Below, piece by piece: positions 62,693 to 64,000 of a stretch of DNA of 64,000 bases; the stretch's first letter is position 1; every line of letters starts with the position of its first letter. Below the pieces are notes generated by a model that had not been told where the DNA came from, searched no databases, and worked only from the letters and a program-made list of their open reading frames with translations. Origin of the DNA: Vulcanimicrobiota bacterium (GTDB lineage Bacteria > Vulcanimicrobiota > Vulcanimicrobiia > Vulcanimicrobiales > Vulcanimicrobiaceae); assembly GCA_963777315.1 (NCBI GenBank), contig CAVZQC010000006.1:64001-128000 (forward strand), given 5' to 3'. The translations under genes were made by a program, and so were the position numbers.

Positions 62693-64000
62693 CGGCTTTG
62701 GTTCCGGCCGGCTTTGCGATCGGTGCCGGCGCGTGCGCGATCGTGCTGCATTACGCGCCGCGCCGCATCGCCGTCGATCTCGCCCAGCCGCTGCCCGTGG
62801 TTACGTACTGGCATGGTTTCGGCGCGCTGCTCTGGTTGGTGCTGTTGGTCTCGACGGCACTGGCGAGCTGCGGGTACGTAGCAGTGCTCCGAGCGCCGCT
62901 TGGGCTGCGGCTGCGTGCGCTCGTCGCGGTCAGCGCAATTGCGTGCGCGGCCGCCCTTGCGTTTCCAATCGTCTTTTCGAGCGACGTGTACGCATACGCC
63001 GGATACGGCGACATGGCGCTGCACGGCATCGATCCGTACGCGCACGTGCACATCGCGCTGAACGACCCCCTCGCGCGCGCGATGATTTGGCAATGGGGTA
63101 ATCCCGCCCCGACGTGCGTGTACGGCCCCGCGTTCGTTTGGCTGGCGCAAGCCGTGGTTTGGGCGCTGCAGTCTTTGGGGGCCGCCGCGCCGCTGTGGGC
63201 GTTTCGCGTCCTGGCCTGTGCGGCACTGGTCGCATGCGCGCCGCTGGCGTACGCAGCGTTCGAACCCTTTTCGCCAAGACATCGTCTGCGCGCCGCGGCC
63301 GGCATCGCGCTCAATCCGATTGCGATTTGGAGCTGCGCGGAGGGGCACAACGACGCGATCGCGATCGCCTGCATTTTGGCAGGCTTCGCGCTGGTAGTTT
63401 ACGCGCGCGCCTTTGCGGGAGCCCTGACGATCGCGCTCTGCGCGCTGCTCAAAGCGCCGGCGCTCGCCGGGGCGGCCGGGTTGGTGCTGTCCTCCTGGAA
63501 GCGTCCCGATATTCGTTCGCGCATTACGGCCGGTGCGGGGCTGGGCGTGCTGATCGTACTGGCCGTCGCGGTGCCGCTCGAACGGGGCGTGCGCGAGCAT
63601 TTAGTTCCGGCGGGACATTACGCGCCGCACTTTTCGCCGCAGTACCTGCTGGCATGCATCATGCCGTTGCCGCTCGCGGCGGTAATCGTCGCCGGCGCAG
63701 CATTCCTTCTGGCGGCGTTCGGCGCTCGCGAATTGCTCGCTCGCAGGCGGCAGGGAGCAGCGTTCATCGCTTTTGCCGTGTGGGCGGCGGTTCCGAATCC
63801 CTATCCGTGGTACGCGCTGTGGATCGTACCGCTTGCATTTTTGGCCACCGACGTTCGAGCGATGTGGGCCCTGCTGTCGGCGTCGCTGCTGATCGTCGCG
63901 CGCTACTACGGCGACGCGACGGCGCCCCTTCCACCGGCGCTCGAGGCGTTCATCGTCGCGCTGGAATTCGGCCTTCCGTTAGGTCTCATGTGCGCGGCGG
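62683..64000 (+). CDS. MptA/MptB-like polyprenol-phosphate-sugar-dependent glycosyltransferase (GT-C); runs off window end
   Basis: Manual translation from GTG 62683: PIVFSSDVYAYAGYG...GIDPY...CVYGPAF...LNPIAIWSCAEGHNDA...PYPWYALW. No stop seen before 64000. Confidence 0.8.
   Translation, partial: MRVAALVPAGFAIGAGACAIVLHYAPRRIAVDLAQPLPVVTYWHGFGALLWLVLLVSTALASCGYVAVLRAPLGLRLRALVAVSAIACAAALAFPIVFSSDVYAYAGYGDMALHGIDPYAHVHIALNDPLARAMIWQWGNPAPTCVYGPAFVWLAQAVVWALQSLGAAAPLWAFRVLACAALVACAPLAYAAFEPFSPRHRLRAAAGIALNPIAIWSCAEGHNDAIAIACILAGFALVVYARAFAGALTIALCALLKAPALAGAAGLVLSSWKRPDIRSRITAGAGLGVLIVLAVAVPLERGVREHLVPAGHYAPHFSPQYLLACIMPLPLAAVIVAGAAFLLAAFGARELLARRRQGAAFIAFAVWAAVPNPYPWYALWIVPLAFLATDVRAMWALLSASLLIVARYYGDATAPLPPALEAFIVALEFGLPLGLMCAA

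Overview
GC-rich bacterial chromosomal window with about 65 densely packed genes. I saw no rRNA, tRNA, CRISPR array, integrase or transposase. The gene content mixes Firmicutes-like traits (lexA-yneA with GAAC-N4-GTTC boxes, ynbB, cellobiose-type EIIC, thl-hbd-acd, kamDE) with diderm traits (two large TonB-dependent receptors, an LptD-like barrel, PilZ proteins). That mix suggests a diderm Terrabacteria lineage such as Ca. Eremiobacterota (inference only). In order: FHA, PilZ, ynbB, EIIC, lexA and yneA; Uma2; a damaged Phd-VapC pair; tandem TBDRs; sucCD; DUF4160/DUF2442; thiolase-hbd-acyl-CoA dehydrogenase; Phd-VapC; kamD-kamE-PilZ-gmd-rmd-ICMT-CDF; a beta-propeller; rfbD; an ECF sigma/anti-sigma/membrane triplet; Phd-VapC; an aminotransferase; tandem unknown paralogues; then a ~28 kb cell-surface glycan region (GT-C-like membrane proteins, GT2/GT4, three methyltransferases, Wzx, MurJ, priming transferase, deoB, LptD-like plus CBM20-like pair, GtrB-like, pdp, WaaL-like, MptB-like). 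Three cross-cutting signals stand out. (1) Five independent +1 frameshifts are all repaired by changing AGACT/AGTCT to AGCT, which points to a DNA modification at AGCT that corrupts base-calling. (2) Three genes lack a usable ATG/GTG/TTG and appear to start at SD-preceded ATT codons coupled to the upstream gene end. (3) A recurring AGG-N18/19-GAA (Bacillus sigma-H-like) motif lies 10-14 nt before many start codons, suggesting leaderless transcripts. All product calls come from motif recognition, not database searches.
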